This document shows positions 11,108 through 23,217 of a DNA stretch of 64,000 bases, piece by piece (the first letter of the stretch is position 1; each line of letters begins with the position of its first letter). The notes under the pieces are model-generated. The model ran no database searches. It saw nothing but the letters and a program-made list of their open reading frames with translations, and had not been told where the DNA came from. A program made the position numbers and the translations under genes. The stretch is from Enoplolaimus lenunculus (Eukaryota), in the NCBI GenBank assembly GCA_030248215.1, contig JASANG010003752.1, positions 496,001 through 560,000 of the forward strand, read 5' to 3'.

Positions 11108-13111
11108 GATTATGGTTGCACAAGACCAAAACAATCATTTGGCGTACAGCCATGGTTTCAGCAAAACACCTGTGGTTATACAACTTTAAATTGGAAACTT
11201 TTACGCTGTTACATTTAGACTTTAAAGCGAAATTAAACCTTTTATAGTAAAATGGGCATTAACTATAATAGTTCTCAAAGCATCAGGCTACAAAATTGAG
11301 CACTATCACAGATGGCGAGCGCACGACGCCACTACATTTTCAGCAGCTAAAGCAAAAATAGTTTAAATTTCGCAAATAAGTATTATTCACATCGACAGCT
11401 CACTAGCAACACTCAGTAGATTTACTTTCAATTTTAGCTCCAGACGCTTTCTTGATATATATAATTTTTCACATTTGAGACATTGTGATTGCGCTTGTCA
11501 CGGAACACGGTATGAAACCATTAGTGAAATGAGTTTTTTCAAATTTTCGTAAGTGCATTTTTGGTGCAAAGTTTTCACCGAAATAACTTAGCTAATAATA
11601 TATCTATACATCTATCTGATACCCAGTGTTTTCTTTTGTGTTTATAGTTGTTGTGATTTCAAGCTTGCGCGATGGTACTATACTTTTTAGGTAATTTAAT
11701 AGATTCTGGAGCCGCCCATGGTCGTCTAGCGCCACTCTAAAATCTGCAGTTAGTTTTAAACAGAAATTCATTGTTTCAAATTGCCATAAAAGCATGAAAA
11801 TGTTTTGCTGGTTTTGACTAACGACTACTATTTCGTGAAATATCTGCAATTAGTGATGTTTCACTAGACACCGTAACAGCGTATGTTCCAAAATCTGGTA
11901 AGACAATGGCTTTAATAGAGTGTATATAATATATACTGGTAATCCGTAGTTGAACACATGTGCAACTGATGTCTTAGCGTCTCTGAAGGTTTTGGAATGG
12001 TCAAAAGTTTGACCAGGTGGGTCTTTCTGAAGGCAGGAGACGCCCAATCAGAGAAGTATGGGGTCTTTGCTTCGTCACTGCATCCATTCTTGGTAAAGGA
12101 AAGATTGAACCTGGGATTCACCTATATATACTGCATCATACCCTTCGCAACTAGAGCATAGCTAAAGATAACATACAAATATCCAATAAAAACACCCAAC
12201 CAAATTTTTCTATGGAACAAAACGTAAAACTTCTAAAAACAATGTTCTTTTACTGAGAAAACCAGAACAATAATTTTCTGCCTATGCAAACTTCTATTAA
12301 TTTGCCTACGGTACGTAAACATGTGAATTTGCTGGAAAGCTGCCCAAAATACGTATATGGTGCGTTCCAGTTTTAATGTATAAATTATGTTCAGACCAAT
12401 GAAGACACTGTGCATTTGACACAAACACAAAAGGTCTTCTCAAATCCGTACCTGAGTTAGGCTTGATTCACTTAGTATTTATTGCAAAACATGTAAGAGT
12501 GGCAATTGTGGTGGTAGCAACTACAGAAGAACCCATTGAATTTCAAATGTTTGAAAAACAAACTAATTTGAAAACTGTCCTACGTAAACCAAGTCAAATT
12601 TTGTCAACACCAACGGTCAAGCCAGTGACGGATCCAAACACATTACACAATCAACCGAACGCAATTAGTACAGCATTAAATCTTAATACAAAATTTTGGT
12701 TTTTGATTCCTGGACAGGCACGGTGTGGTTGGCCAGCCCCATATATATTAATTTCAAAAATATTTTAAGCTGAGACAAACTAAATTTAAATTATCGGCAA
12801 CCAACCTATTGGCTAACCCACACGACCTCTGGTTTCATGTTCATCACCATATCTTACAACGTTCCAGGCACAACGCCATGCGTAGAACGAGAATCTGTTT
12901 ACGCCACAGGGGCTTTATTTTAGCCCAAATTGGATTTATGCTTGTATACCTCGCACAAGACCTAATCAATTACTCTAAACACAAGGCAGCGTTATAGCAA
13001 ACCAGAGGGCACAAAGACTATACGCACTGAAACTAAACTAACACGAAAACTATTTATGTAAAACCTCATGATTGGCTATTACCCTCATAAGTGGTAGGTC
13101 ATACTGGTCAA

Positions 13112-13305
13112 GGCCAGTGTGAAGAACAGGGGCGGAACAGTATTATAAGCATAATCCTAAGCCTAAGCCTCAGCCTAACAATGAGCGTATTCCTTAGCCT
13201 AAGCCTAAGCCTAAACTAAGCAGAAAAATTAGTCTAAAACTTTTTAAGCTTACTCTGTTCTAGTCCCACAGAAAAACGTTCCGCCCGTGAACTTGACATG
13301 GGGCC
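13112..13305 (+). mobile_element. Merlin-like MITE family A variant
   Basis: GGCC termini; perfect 8-bp TSD ctggtcaa; internal CCTAAG repeats. Confidence 0.85.
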
Positions 13306-14085
13306 CTGGTCAACGAGAAACAGTAGAACATATTGGCATTGGGTGGTAAATATGTAACATTATGCTGACAGGCAAATAACCACCATTAACTGAAATAGAT
13401 TATGCTTGCTAAATTAAACTAAAAATTGCTTATTTTATTAGCTGGCGAAAAAGACTTTTTGTATAAATTCATAACGAAAGTGTTCGAAGCACAAGGGGTA
13501 AGTCGACGTCAATTTTAAATATTATTTTCCGGCAATTTTACAGTGGCCTGGAAATTTTTAAGAGCTAAAATAGAACATGCCTACATGACTTTTTCTTACT
13601 TTCCAGCTCGTGTAACCCATCGTGTTTGTTGCATTAAGAGCGAATGATTTCTTTAGAACAGAGTATGCAAGTTACGGATTTTACCATTGCACAAAATGCC
13701 CCATCTCGTGCCAGGTTTTCGTCACAATCCATCCCATTTTTGAGGAAAGGGTCAGCTGTCACATTTGTAAACAAGTTGAAAGAAAATTGCACGAGAATAT
13801 GTACGGAGCGTTTCAGATCCACCAAATCGTTTTTTGTTACAATTAAGCAAACTTGACACCCCCCTGAAATGGGAGACATGCCAAAAACGCAACGTGTACT
13901 GGGTACATTCTTTTCTACACAGAACGTACATATTTCCATACTTTCGTCCAAGCGTCATCAACGACTCTTGGTTGCACTAATTACAATTACATTCGCCACA
14001 ATAAATACACTGGCAAGCTTAAGGGGGGTGTCACCCGAACCAGGTCCGCCAATCAACGATCAATACCAAATTATTGTATTATGTA

Positions 14086-14289
14086 GTTTTCTAAAATTGC
14101 GTTTGGATTCTCGCTCGATTCGCTCAGGCTCTTTTTTCACCTGTATTCCGTTAAAAATTGCTGAAACTACGCTCTTTATATACAAATGTTTTCTAAAATT
14201 GCGTTTGGATTCTCGCTCGATTCGCTCAGGCTCTTTTTTCACCTGTATTCCGTTAAAAATTGCTGAAACTACGCTCTTTATATACAAAT
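14086..14289. repeat. Exact tandem duplication, 102 bp x2
   Basis: Two identical adjacent units. Confidence 0.95.
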
Positions 14290-14878
14290 CATATCTAACC
14301 TTTAAGCTAAATCAAAGTTAATATTTTCGTTCTAAACAATGCCTAGACACAAACGGCTTGCTTTTATAGTTATATAAGTCTAAAATCTGTCTTAGCTGTA
14401 ATTTAATATTTATTGTTTGTGACTACGTACGTCAGCGAAGACTAACGAATCAAAAGGATCCGGTTAAATCCATTGCTCGCTAATTAGCATATTTGTCCTC
14501 TGTTGTTGACACGATTTCAATTGTCTATTTGAAACACTTGAAAATGAATATCAGTGCTAAATACCAAACATTATTATGTATTTAGTGTTTTATGCCGATA
14601 ACTTGCAATTGAAAATAATGCTTAAAAATTAAATTCTAATTATTTTGCAAGAGTTTGCAGTTTGCAAAACGCAGTTTGCAGTGGTGGAGTCAAGATTTCC
14701 AGAAAGAATGAGTGGGGGCTCAATTGACAAATGGACAAAAGAAGGTATTACGAGTTTAAAGTTAAATGTGTTTCGTATTTTGATAGAAATCTTTTAGTTT
14801 ACGATTTTAGCTTCTGTTGCCGTTGCGATATTTTTACTTTCATATTCGGCGGCAGATGTAGCGACGCCCTGCGAATGA

Positions 14879-15046
14879 CAGGCCCGTAGCCAGCTCACTT
14901 TGCTGCAGGGGGGGGGCAAAAATTTTTCAGGAGGGGCATTCAAGGGTTTGCAATGACTTACAAGCAAGATTGAAAATTGTCTTGTGCCGCCAAAATTTTT
15001 CCAGGAGGAACTGAAACTCCCCTGGCCCCCCTTGGCTACGGGCCGG
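14879..15046 (+). mobile_element. hAT-like MITE family E (~165 bp); further copies at ~10063, 18820, 19887, 22048, 31793, 34328, 37198, 43731 and 49480
   Basis: TIR CAGGCCCGTAGCCA ... TGGCTACGGGCC; shared core AAGGGTTTTCGATGACTTACAAGCAAGGTTGAAAATTTT. Confidence 0.8.
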
Positions 15047-15259
15047 GTAAGCGACCTCACGGTTGTAATGAATCAATCAATAAACGGCAAAAATGAAATT
15101 GTAAAAATAAATTATATCAATTTCCATCAAAATGTTTTACATTCTGTTGTATAACGAACAATTTCACAAGGGAAACAAGTGAAAAGTTTGTAACTCGTAC
15201 TATTGCATAGTTAGAGAATGAATATTAGCTGCTATTACTATGAATAACTTAGGACAAGC

Positions 15260-15625
15260 TGTATATGTCGTAGCCTAAGTCGTAATTCAGCCCAATTTTG
15301 AATTGGGCTAGTCCAAAACGGAATTACGACTTAGGCTAGCCCAAGGCGTAATCATCACAGATAAATCTGTACGTTTCTTAATTGGTTACTTGATAGTCGT
15401 AATCCTGTTTGATTCCCCTGTACTCAGTAAAACATAATGTTACGAAGGCAATAGGTGGCGATTATTTTGCCAATCAGAAAAAAACTGTTCCAGTCGAATT
15501 TGAATATGGCATTTAAGTATTAACCGATCACAAGGCGTACACTTGTCGGATAGAAAGAATTGAAACCCTGGACTAGCCCAATTCGGAATTGGGCAAAAAT
15601 TACGACTTCGGCTACGACATACACA
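15260..15625. mobile_element. Unclassified TIR element family G; second copy at ~44008-44265
   Basis: ~50-bp TIR TGTCGTAGCC.AAGTCGTAATT...GCCCAATT..GAATTGGGCTAGTCC. Confidence 0.75.
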
Positions 15626-16033
15626 CCAGACAATACATAAAGAGCAGTGTTTAACAAATTACTATGCATATGCGCAGTGCCAAATCTCCACAATCCTTGA
15701 GAGTTGTTAGGCTCGGGCGTTAAACTCTTAATCGACCGACGATTTCGAAGCACATCCTTATCCGAGAAGCCGGTGCCTATTGAGTTTTTTGGCTAAATAT
15801 AGCAACGCAATTAAGACCCAATACAGTCGCCTGTATATTGTCGCATAAATAAACGATAATCAGATGATCGCAAACTAAGCCAAAAGCATTTAATCAGGCT
15901 TGAGGTTGAACACAGAAAAAACACGAGCGTCCACAGAAATTTTGAGCTTGAGAGACACCGACAGCGTCAGTGGTGGGATGTATCAAAAATCTAAATCATA
16001 TCACGACACTGTCTTACTAACTTAAGAAACATC

Positions 16034-16235
16034 GGCCCATGTATAGAACAGGGCCGGAACAGTAGTATAAGCATATTCCTAAGCCTAAGCCTAAGCGTAT
16101 GGATAAGGCTATTCCTAAGCCTAAACCTAAGCCTAAGCCTAAACCTAAACCCAAGCAAAAAATTAGTCTAAAGCTTAAACTGACTCTATTATAGCCCATC
16201 CGGAAAACGATCCGACCCTGTTCTATACATGGGCC
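16034..16235 (+). mobile_element. Merlin-like MITE family A
   Basis: Near-perfect 25-bp TIRs; left flank gaaacatc recurs on the right as gaaacgaaacatc. Confidence 0.85.
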
Positions 16236-17472
16236 GAAACGAAACATCCCCAAATCCTGTACGGACGTTCTGTATTCACATAATCAACGACCCCTTCATG
16301 TGGCTGTTGTTATGCGATCACCTGTGAGAAATATAAATATAGCCTTTAAGAAAAAAATCAGCCTCAAGGCCCAGTAGTGTGATTTTATCTCAATCTGAAT
16401 AAAATTAACGTTAGTTTTTATAATATTTGATTGAAAAATATATATTGAATTATATTGAGCAGAACGATGGGAAAATTGTAGGCTTGAGAAAAAATAAATT
16501 TTTCCGAATGACAACACAGTTATGGACGTTGCCAGAACATTGAGTTGGGTGCGCAAAGGCGGTTTCTGAGCAAAATATACAATTACACTGAACCATATTC
16601 ACACTATTTAGCATTAATGTTTTGTACATACTTTATATACCATTTGCCTAGGTAAAACTTGGTTACTTACTGAACAAAGGGGATACAGCATAGGCGCACC
16701 TTTTTGCACATACCTGACTGCGCCCACGAACAAAATATATATGTGGGAAAAGATAACCACCGAGTCATGAGCGTGCCAGGATTTCAGTGAGTGGGCGTTA
16801 CGTTCGATAAAATTTTGAAGGTCAGTTCTTGTGTTACAAACTGAAAAACTGTCTAGAACCATTGTGCGAAATTCCAACGAGGGGTTTGATCCCGAAACCC
16901 TCCTGGCGACACTTGTCACCAGCAGGGCCGGAGCAGCCACCCCCATACCCCCATTCGGGGGGGGGGGGCTTTCCAAAGAGGGGCCCCAACCCTAACAAGA
17001 TTTTAAACAAAAAATCTGAAGAAATGTTTTGATCATCGCAAGGGGATCCTACCCCAGAATTTTGGGTTACACCCACCATAGCCTACTTCGGTGCTAATGT
17101 GTCTGTCTTAATACGCGAGATACGAAAAAAAGGCGGTCGCTTGCTTGTGTACCGCGGCGTTTCTAGCAATCATTTTGGCTTCAATTGAAAAACTAACTTC
17201 TATAAATAATAACCAGTTATAAACAATTGCCATTTTTCTTTATATTCGTGCGAAACTTGACAAAAATAAAAGCGAAAACTTGTGGTTTTCATTTTTATTA
17301 ATATATTCATTCGAGCAGGTGATTCTATATTCGTTTTCAAGCCATACTATATCGCTGAAAACTGGTACATGTTCTCTGTGAAGTTAATAAAAGGTTTTAA
17401 CTCAAGATCTTTCAAACCGTCTTTAGTGTTTACGTCTTTACTTGTTTTCAGACGAATCTGAAGTTTTTGTAA

Positions 17473-17636
17473 CAGGCACGTAGCCAAATTACCTTGCTAA
17501 GGGGCTAAAAATTTTCTAAAAGGAGCACACAAGGGTTTTCGATTACTTACTAGCAAGGTTGAAAATTTTCTAGGTGGGTTCCAATTTCTTGCAGGGGGCA
17601 CTGCGCCTCGTTGGGCTTCCTATGACTACGGGCCCG
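17473..17636 (+). mobile_element. Family E MITE
   Basis: TSD ttttgtaa/ttttataa. Confidence 0.8.
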
Positions 17637-17670
17637 TTTTATAAGCATAGGTAAAATAATAAATTAGCTA

Positions 17671-18100
17671 CTGTAGTGGCCCTAATACGGGAGTGACATA
17701 TTTATTTGGCTTCTCCACAGGGAACCCCCTGTTATTCGGTTACCGATTGTTATTTATTTTTAGCCCACCCTCCAGCACCCTTAGTTACTGATATATATTT
17801 GGTACTGCAATTATTCGTCGAATTCAATGTTTATTTGTCTTGCAATGAAAAACTTGAGCGATAATGCGAGGTTATACTTAGTAGTGTACTGTCAAATCTT
17901 AAGTACGGTTGAAAGATTCGAACCCAACTTTTTTCCTGGAGTCGTCAATGCACCATAATTTGGGATAAATTACATTTATTGACTCTAGGGTTTAGAGACT
18001 GTATATGCTTACGGACTTTTATTAAGGATACGTACTCCCACTGATTATGACATAAAATGGGGACTTCCTCTTACTTATTCCCCCCTTCAGGTCACTGCAG
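17671..18100. mobile_element. Family C MITE, diverged
   Basis: Colinear with the 8644 copy in opposite orientation; TA TSD. Confidence 0.8.
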
Positions 18101-18308
18101 TATATTTCGCCGAGCGCTAACAAAGGAATAGGTTATTTTTTCGAGCGATCGTATCAAGTGAGAAAACTTAATTTGTAGACTTGATATGATATTCCAATAT
18201 ATATTCTAAAATATGTGCATTGTATCTCGCATCGCCTGAAATTTAGTGGGATAAATCCCCAAAACGAATTTCTATATGCCCCTACACAATGACGATATGC
18301 CTTGGCAC

Positions 18309-18494
18309 GGCTAATGTATAGAACACGGCCGTAACAGTAGTATAAACATATTTCAAAGCCTAAGCGTAAGTGTTAAAGTGAGGTTTTATACCAAAGCCTA
18401 AAGCCTGAAAGCAAAAAGTTTGTCTAAAGCTTATAAGCTTTAATCTATTGCAGTCCCGTAGAAAAATGTTCCATTCCTGATCTTTACACCGGCC
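18309..18494 (+). mobile_element. Merlin-like MITE family A, degenerate
   Basis: Colinear with family A; TSD cttggcac/gttgccac. Confidence 0.7.
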
Positions 18495-20599
18495 GTTGCC
18501 ACTAGGCGATCACCAAATATTAAAACACACTGTTGCGTATGCAGTTCTTAGAAAATTATAGCAAGTGCTACTTGCTCGTGAATCAGCATTCGTCATTGAG
18601 CATAGTTGTAAATACTTGAATTTCAATACGTTTCTATTAATAAAAACAGGATATTTGGATGAATTATTTTTCAAATTTAAAGTTTTAACGAGCACTTGAA
18701 GCGGTCAATAAAATTTCATGTTAATATGAAATAGTTCAAAATAATGGCTAAAGCGTTATAATAAGATGTTTGTATTAATATTTTGTACATTTTAACTATT
18801 CGATACTGCGGGCGTTGCCAGGCCAGAGGCGGATCCAAAAATTTTTGACGGGAAACCGGGCGTTTATCTTGCATGGGGCTAAACATTTCTAAGGAGACGC
18901 GTACAAGGGATTTCGATGACTTACAAGCAAAGTCGAAAATTTTGTAAATGGGCCAAAATTCTTTCTAGGGAAGTAGATCCCGTTGTTCCCGCTCTAGCTA
19001 CAGGCTCGAAACCTAATGCCATATTATTGTTCCAGTGGCTCATGACCGAATACTAAACATAGGCCTAAGACTAAAGATAGGCTTAAGCTAAAGTCTTCCA
19101 GCTTCAGAGTTTCCCAATACCTCTATCTCTTGGCTGGACAGGTTTCTATAATTAGCATGAGCCAATCCGGTGTTCATGTTGGATAGAATTTTTTGGAAGT
19201 AACAAAACTACTACGGTGTATTCATGGCACCACATCTTTTTCCATTTTAATCACATTTTCTTTGTTGACACAAAAAACAACCGTTTCCTGGTTCAAAACT
19301 ACACATCCTAATGCCGTTGCTGAGCTTAATCCAAACGGCATTTTAATCAAGGATTATTACAACACAGTAGTCCTTTGGGATTTTGTTGCAGATACTGTTT
19401 GCGTATAAATCGCAGAACTGCGGCATGCGGTCATAAATTATTCAGCAGAGTACACAGTGATACCAGTTACCAGTGAAAAAATTTGCAGGGAAGTCACCCA
19501 TGACATTGATCCTCTCAATACGAATCGAACAAAATGTTTCGTATCAAGAATTAGTACAAAAATTCCGTTTATCTTCCAGCTCGCTTTTCGTTGTTAGCAT
19601 TTGATCCCACTCATAATAATATCGTACGGCCCTTGTTAAAAATACTTTTGGCATCCGTCCCTGCCATGTACTAATAGTCCAGCAACAATCGTAAGAATGA
19701 TATTAAACTTTACCTTTTAATCTGTTGATTCTCGTGGTGTGTTGCTGGGAACAACTTTTCAGCCAAACAATTACTCAAGACGTACTACAACATACTCAAA
19801 AGGGTGGAGCGGATAAGGTTGACTTCTGGAATCAAACTAACACTAATGAATGCATCGCTAGCTTTAGTAGATACATGATTTTCATTCAGGTCAGTTGCCA
19901 GCTCACCTTGCTTCTGGGGCTAAAAAATTTTTAGATGGGCATACAAGAGTTTTCGATGAATTAAACGCAAAGTTGAATATTTCTAGGGGGTCCAAAATTT
20001 TTCAATGGGACTGAGTCCCCTCTGTCCCCATTGGCTATGGGCCCGTTGCTTTCGATTGAACTCTGAATATTACATAGTTTTTATATTATTTATTTATTTC
20101 AATTGTGTTTAATATTTTTAAATCAGAAAATATTTAAAGACAAAATATTCGAATACTTGTATAATTAACCTGGACTCGTTTAAGAACTGCGAAGAAGACT
20201 TTAAATCTGAATCGCCTTATGCACAGGCCCACAACATATATTTTTAACGCTGTAAATGAACGAATGGCTACTAAAAGCTAATGTGCCCCCGTCGTAGCCA
20301 GAAGGAAATATAGGATCATCAGATGTATCATAGAAAAATCTACGCCATTCTCGAAAAGTTTTAGATTTCGCTTGTATTGCGTTGTGTGCAATAATTTTGT
20401 TAACGGTGTCACAAAAATTCTTGAAAACCAAAGCAACTTGCGTGACAATATTATTGTACACACTTTTTAACACAGCAAGCTGTCTACAACCTGTCTACAC
20501 TGCGTACTGATTTAGCCAGAACACCAATACTGCTAAACATTGCGGTCGGCTACTTTAAAAAAACTCACGTTAAAACCTAAAAATCACTCTTAATTTCAT

Positions 20600-20798
20600 G
20601 ACGAATGTTTAGCTTCAGGACCATAGCTACAGATTAAGCATATTCCTAAGTCTTGACTTAAACCTAAGTGTGGAAAAAGTGAAATCCTTAGCCTAAATGT
20701 AAGCCTAATTAACCAAAGCAAAAAATATAATGAACAACCTAAGCCTACTCTTTCGCAGTCCCACTGAAAACTTGAAGATCCTAAAAGTAACATTGGCC
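20600..20798 (+). mobile_element. Merlin-like MITE, degenerate, B-type right TIR
   Basis: Ends in AAAGTAACATTGGCC; internal CCTAAG-type repeats. Confidence 0.6.
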
Positions 20799-22481
20799 AG
20801 TTACTTTATAGTAATCTATACAAACTTACAAAGCTTCTATTCCTCTACAATTAAACATAACATCATGAACAAAACATTTCAACTTGACATTTCTAAAAAA
20901 CCATGCATAAACACATTCATATATATAAATATATATTTAATATACATAATATATAATACATAATATATAATACATTATATATATATATATTATATGGCAT
21001 CGCTCGCACCTAAACCATGTTTTGCTAAAACTCTTTCGTGTCCCGTCTACGTTTTTAAGATCTCTATGTCTTAAACAGGTGCATGAGACTTGAATTTCAA
21101 TTAACCTTTCCTTAGAGAAGGAAAACAACACGGCAAATTTAGAATACACGGCTTTCAAAAATACAGAAAGAGCTCAAGAAAAAATACCATTTTCTTTACA
21201 GTTTAGTAGTTTTAGAGAGTAGGACTTGAAATTAAAATGGCTTCTCCGGTGATATGTAGACAAAGTTTCCGGTACAATTGACATAACGCTACAGTAGAAA
21301 CAAGTGGTGTGGAACTTTGGCTTGAACCTGTAGAAATAATAAGTTGAAACAAATACTAGTTTGTGTTAGCATATTGCTAAGCCTAAACCTTAGCGTAAGA
21401 ATACCAGCATTACAAAGACTACGTATAGGCCTAAGTTCAAGCCTAGGCAAAAATAGACTAAGCCCTCTGTTGCAATACCGCGGAGAAACGGTATTCCCCT
21501 TAAAGTAAGATAGACCGTGAGTGGTATTATCAGATGTTCTGTTGTGATTTTTTTAAATAAAAATCTAAGTTCTTCAGCTAACAAAGCTATTCTCGTATCT
21601 AACAATGTACTGATTTACAACGTCTGTTATTGAATGCGAGCCTTTAATGCTGACTAAACTCCAATCGGGCGCACAACGAATTCACAGTTTTCCCATCAAG
21701 CATCCAAATTTTACGAACATGAGTTGGACCCACTAGATAACATTGCTGTAAAAACGGGCACCTATCGTCGAAAATTTTGTGGACAGATAAGGCTATGCCT
21801 TGAGGAACTAAAATCATGGCTTACAATCCTGAGCAATATGTCATTCACAATAATTTTGTCAACGGTTTCACGAAAATTTCCAGTGGACCATACCTGGGTC
21901 AAGCTCATTTTGAAAATTGATTATTTCTTGATCGCCACAGTTTGTTTTCAAATTTTGTAGAATCGCTGAGAATATTAATATCAGAAAAAATGTATAGGAG
22001 CTATTTGCTTTTGCCATTTTAATTGTTTATGTTTGCACTTAACATAGCAGGCCTATAGCCAGCTCACATTGCTAGTAGTCTAAAATCTTTTCATGAGCGG
22101 CATACAAGAAAAGGGTTTTCGTTAACTTATACAAGCAAGATTGGAAATTTCCTACATGGGGCCAAAATTTTGTGACGGGAGCGGCTGAGCCCCCCTGGCT
22201 ACCTTCTTGTTGCAGGCCCGTAAGACATCGTGACCAAAATAAACTAATATTGTTAAAATGTCATTACGAGAAATGTCGAAAGCCACCACGTAGTCTAAAG
22301 ACAACAAAACTCAATTTTAGAATAGCAAATCAAGCATCAAATGTGACTGATACGTTATGTCTGCGGTTTGAAAATAGTATTGGGGGTTAATCTAACATAT
22401 GGCATTGGTTCACACAGACATAACTATCGTTAATGTCACACAAATCAATTTTGTCATTTTCTCATTAACTGTTGAACGTGT

Positions 22482-22724
22482 GGTTCAATGTATAGAGCAG
22501 GACCGTCACAGTAGTATAAGCGTATTCTTAAGCCTAAGTAAACAATTAGTCTAAAGCCTAAACTTACTCTATTGCAGTCTTTACATGAAAACATTCCGAC
22601 CGCGCTCTTTTCATGAGCCTATAAGCATAGGTATAATCTCATTCTTATGCTTAGGTTTAGGTTCAGGCTTAAGCTTAGGAATATGCTTATACTAGTGTTA
22701 CCCGCCCTGTTCTATACATTGGCC
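22482..22724. mobile_element. Two adjacent family A MITE copies in opposite orientation (22482-22619 and ~22620-22724)
   Basis: Left GGTTCAATGTATAGAGCAGG; far right CCCTGTTCTATACATTGGCC; repeat strand switches from CCTAAG to TTAGGC. Confidence 0.7.
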
Positions 22725-22912
22725 AAATTTGGCGACAGCATTAAAAAGTTCAAGAAAAATTTTTGCATCAGACTGTAAACGAATCAAGAAAAGGCACCAT
22801 AAATGCACGATAATCGACACTGATTGGTGGAATTTTAGTCCTAATTGTCTTAAAATACAATTGTTTAATTATACTTAGACCCATGACTTATAAGCTCCAT
22901 CCAGGACTTATA

Positions 22913-23217
22913 AGCGACATTCGCACGTATAAGACGCTCATCGCTGCAATTTTCATGTGCAAGTTTTTGCATCAAAAACTACCAGTTGTAAATTGCAGCT
23001 GCGAGTTCATCGACAACTTGGAGCTGCAACTTGCAGCTGAAAGCTTAATTAATTAGCTTAAAAGAAAGCTTGCAGCTTCATGTTGCATTGCGCAAGTTTT
23101 TGCTGCAAAGTTTTGCAGTGCGAGTTGCAGCTACGAACTCTGTTTGTCAAAAAACTTGTACGTGCGAATTACAGGTGCGAGTTCTGGCAACGAAAACTTC
23201 CACGTGTAAATGAGGCT
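22913..23217. mobile_element. Harbinger-like MITE rich in TTGCAGCT motifs
   Basis: AGCGACATTCGCACGT ... ACGTGTAAATGAGGCT, in TAA/TTA-rich flanks. Confidence 0.5.
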
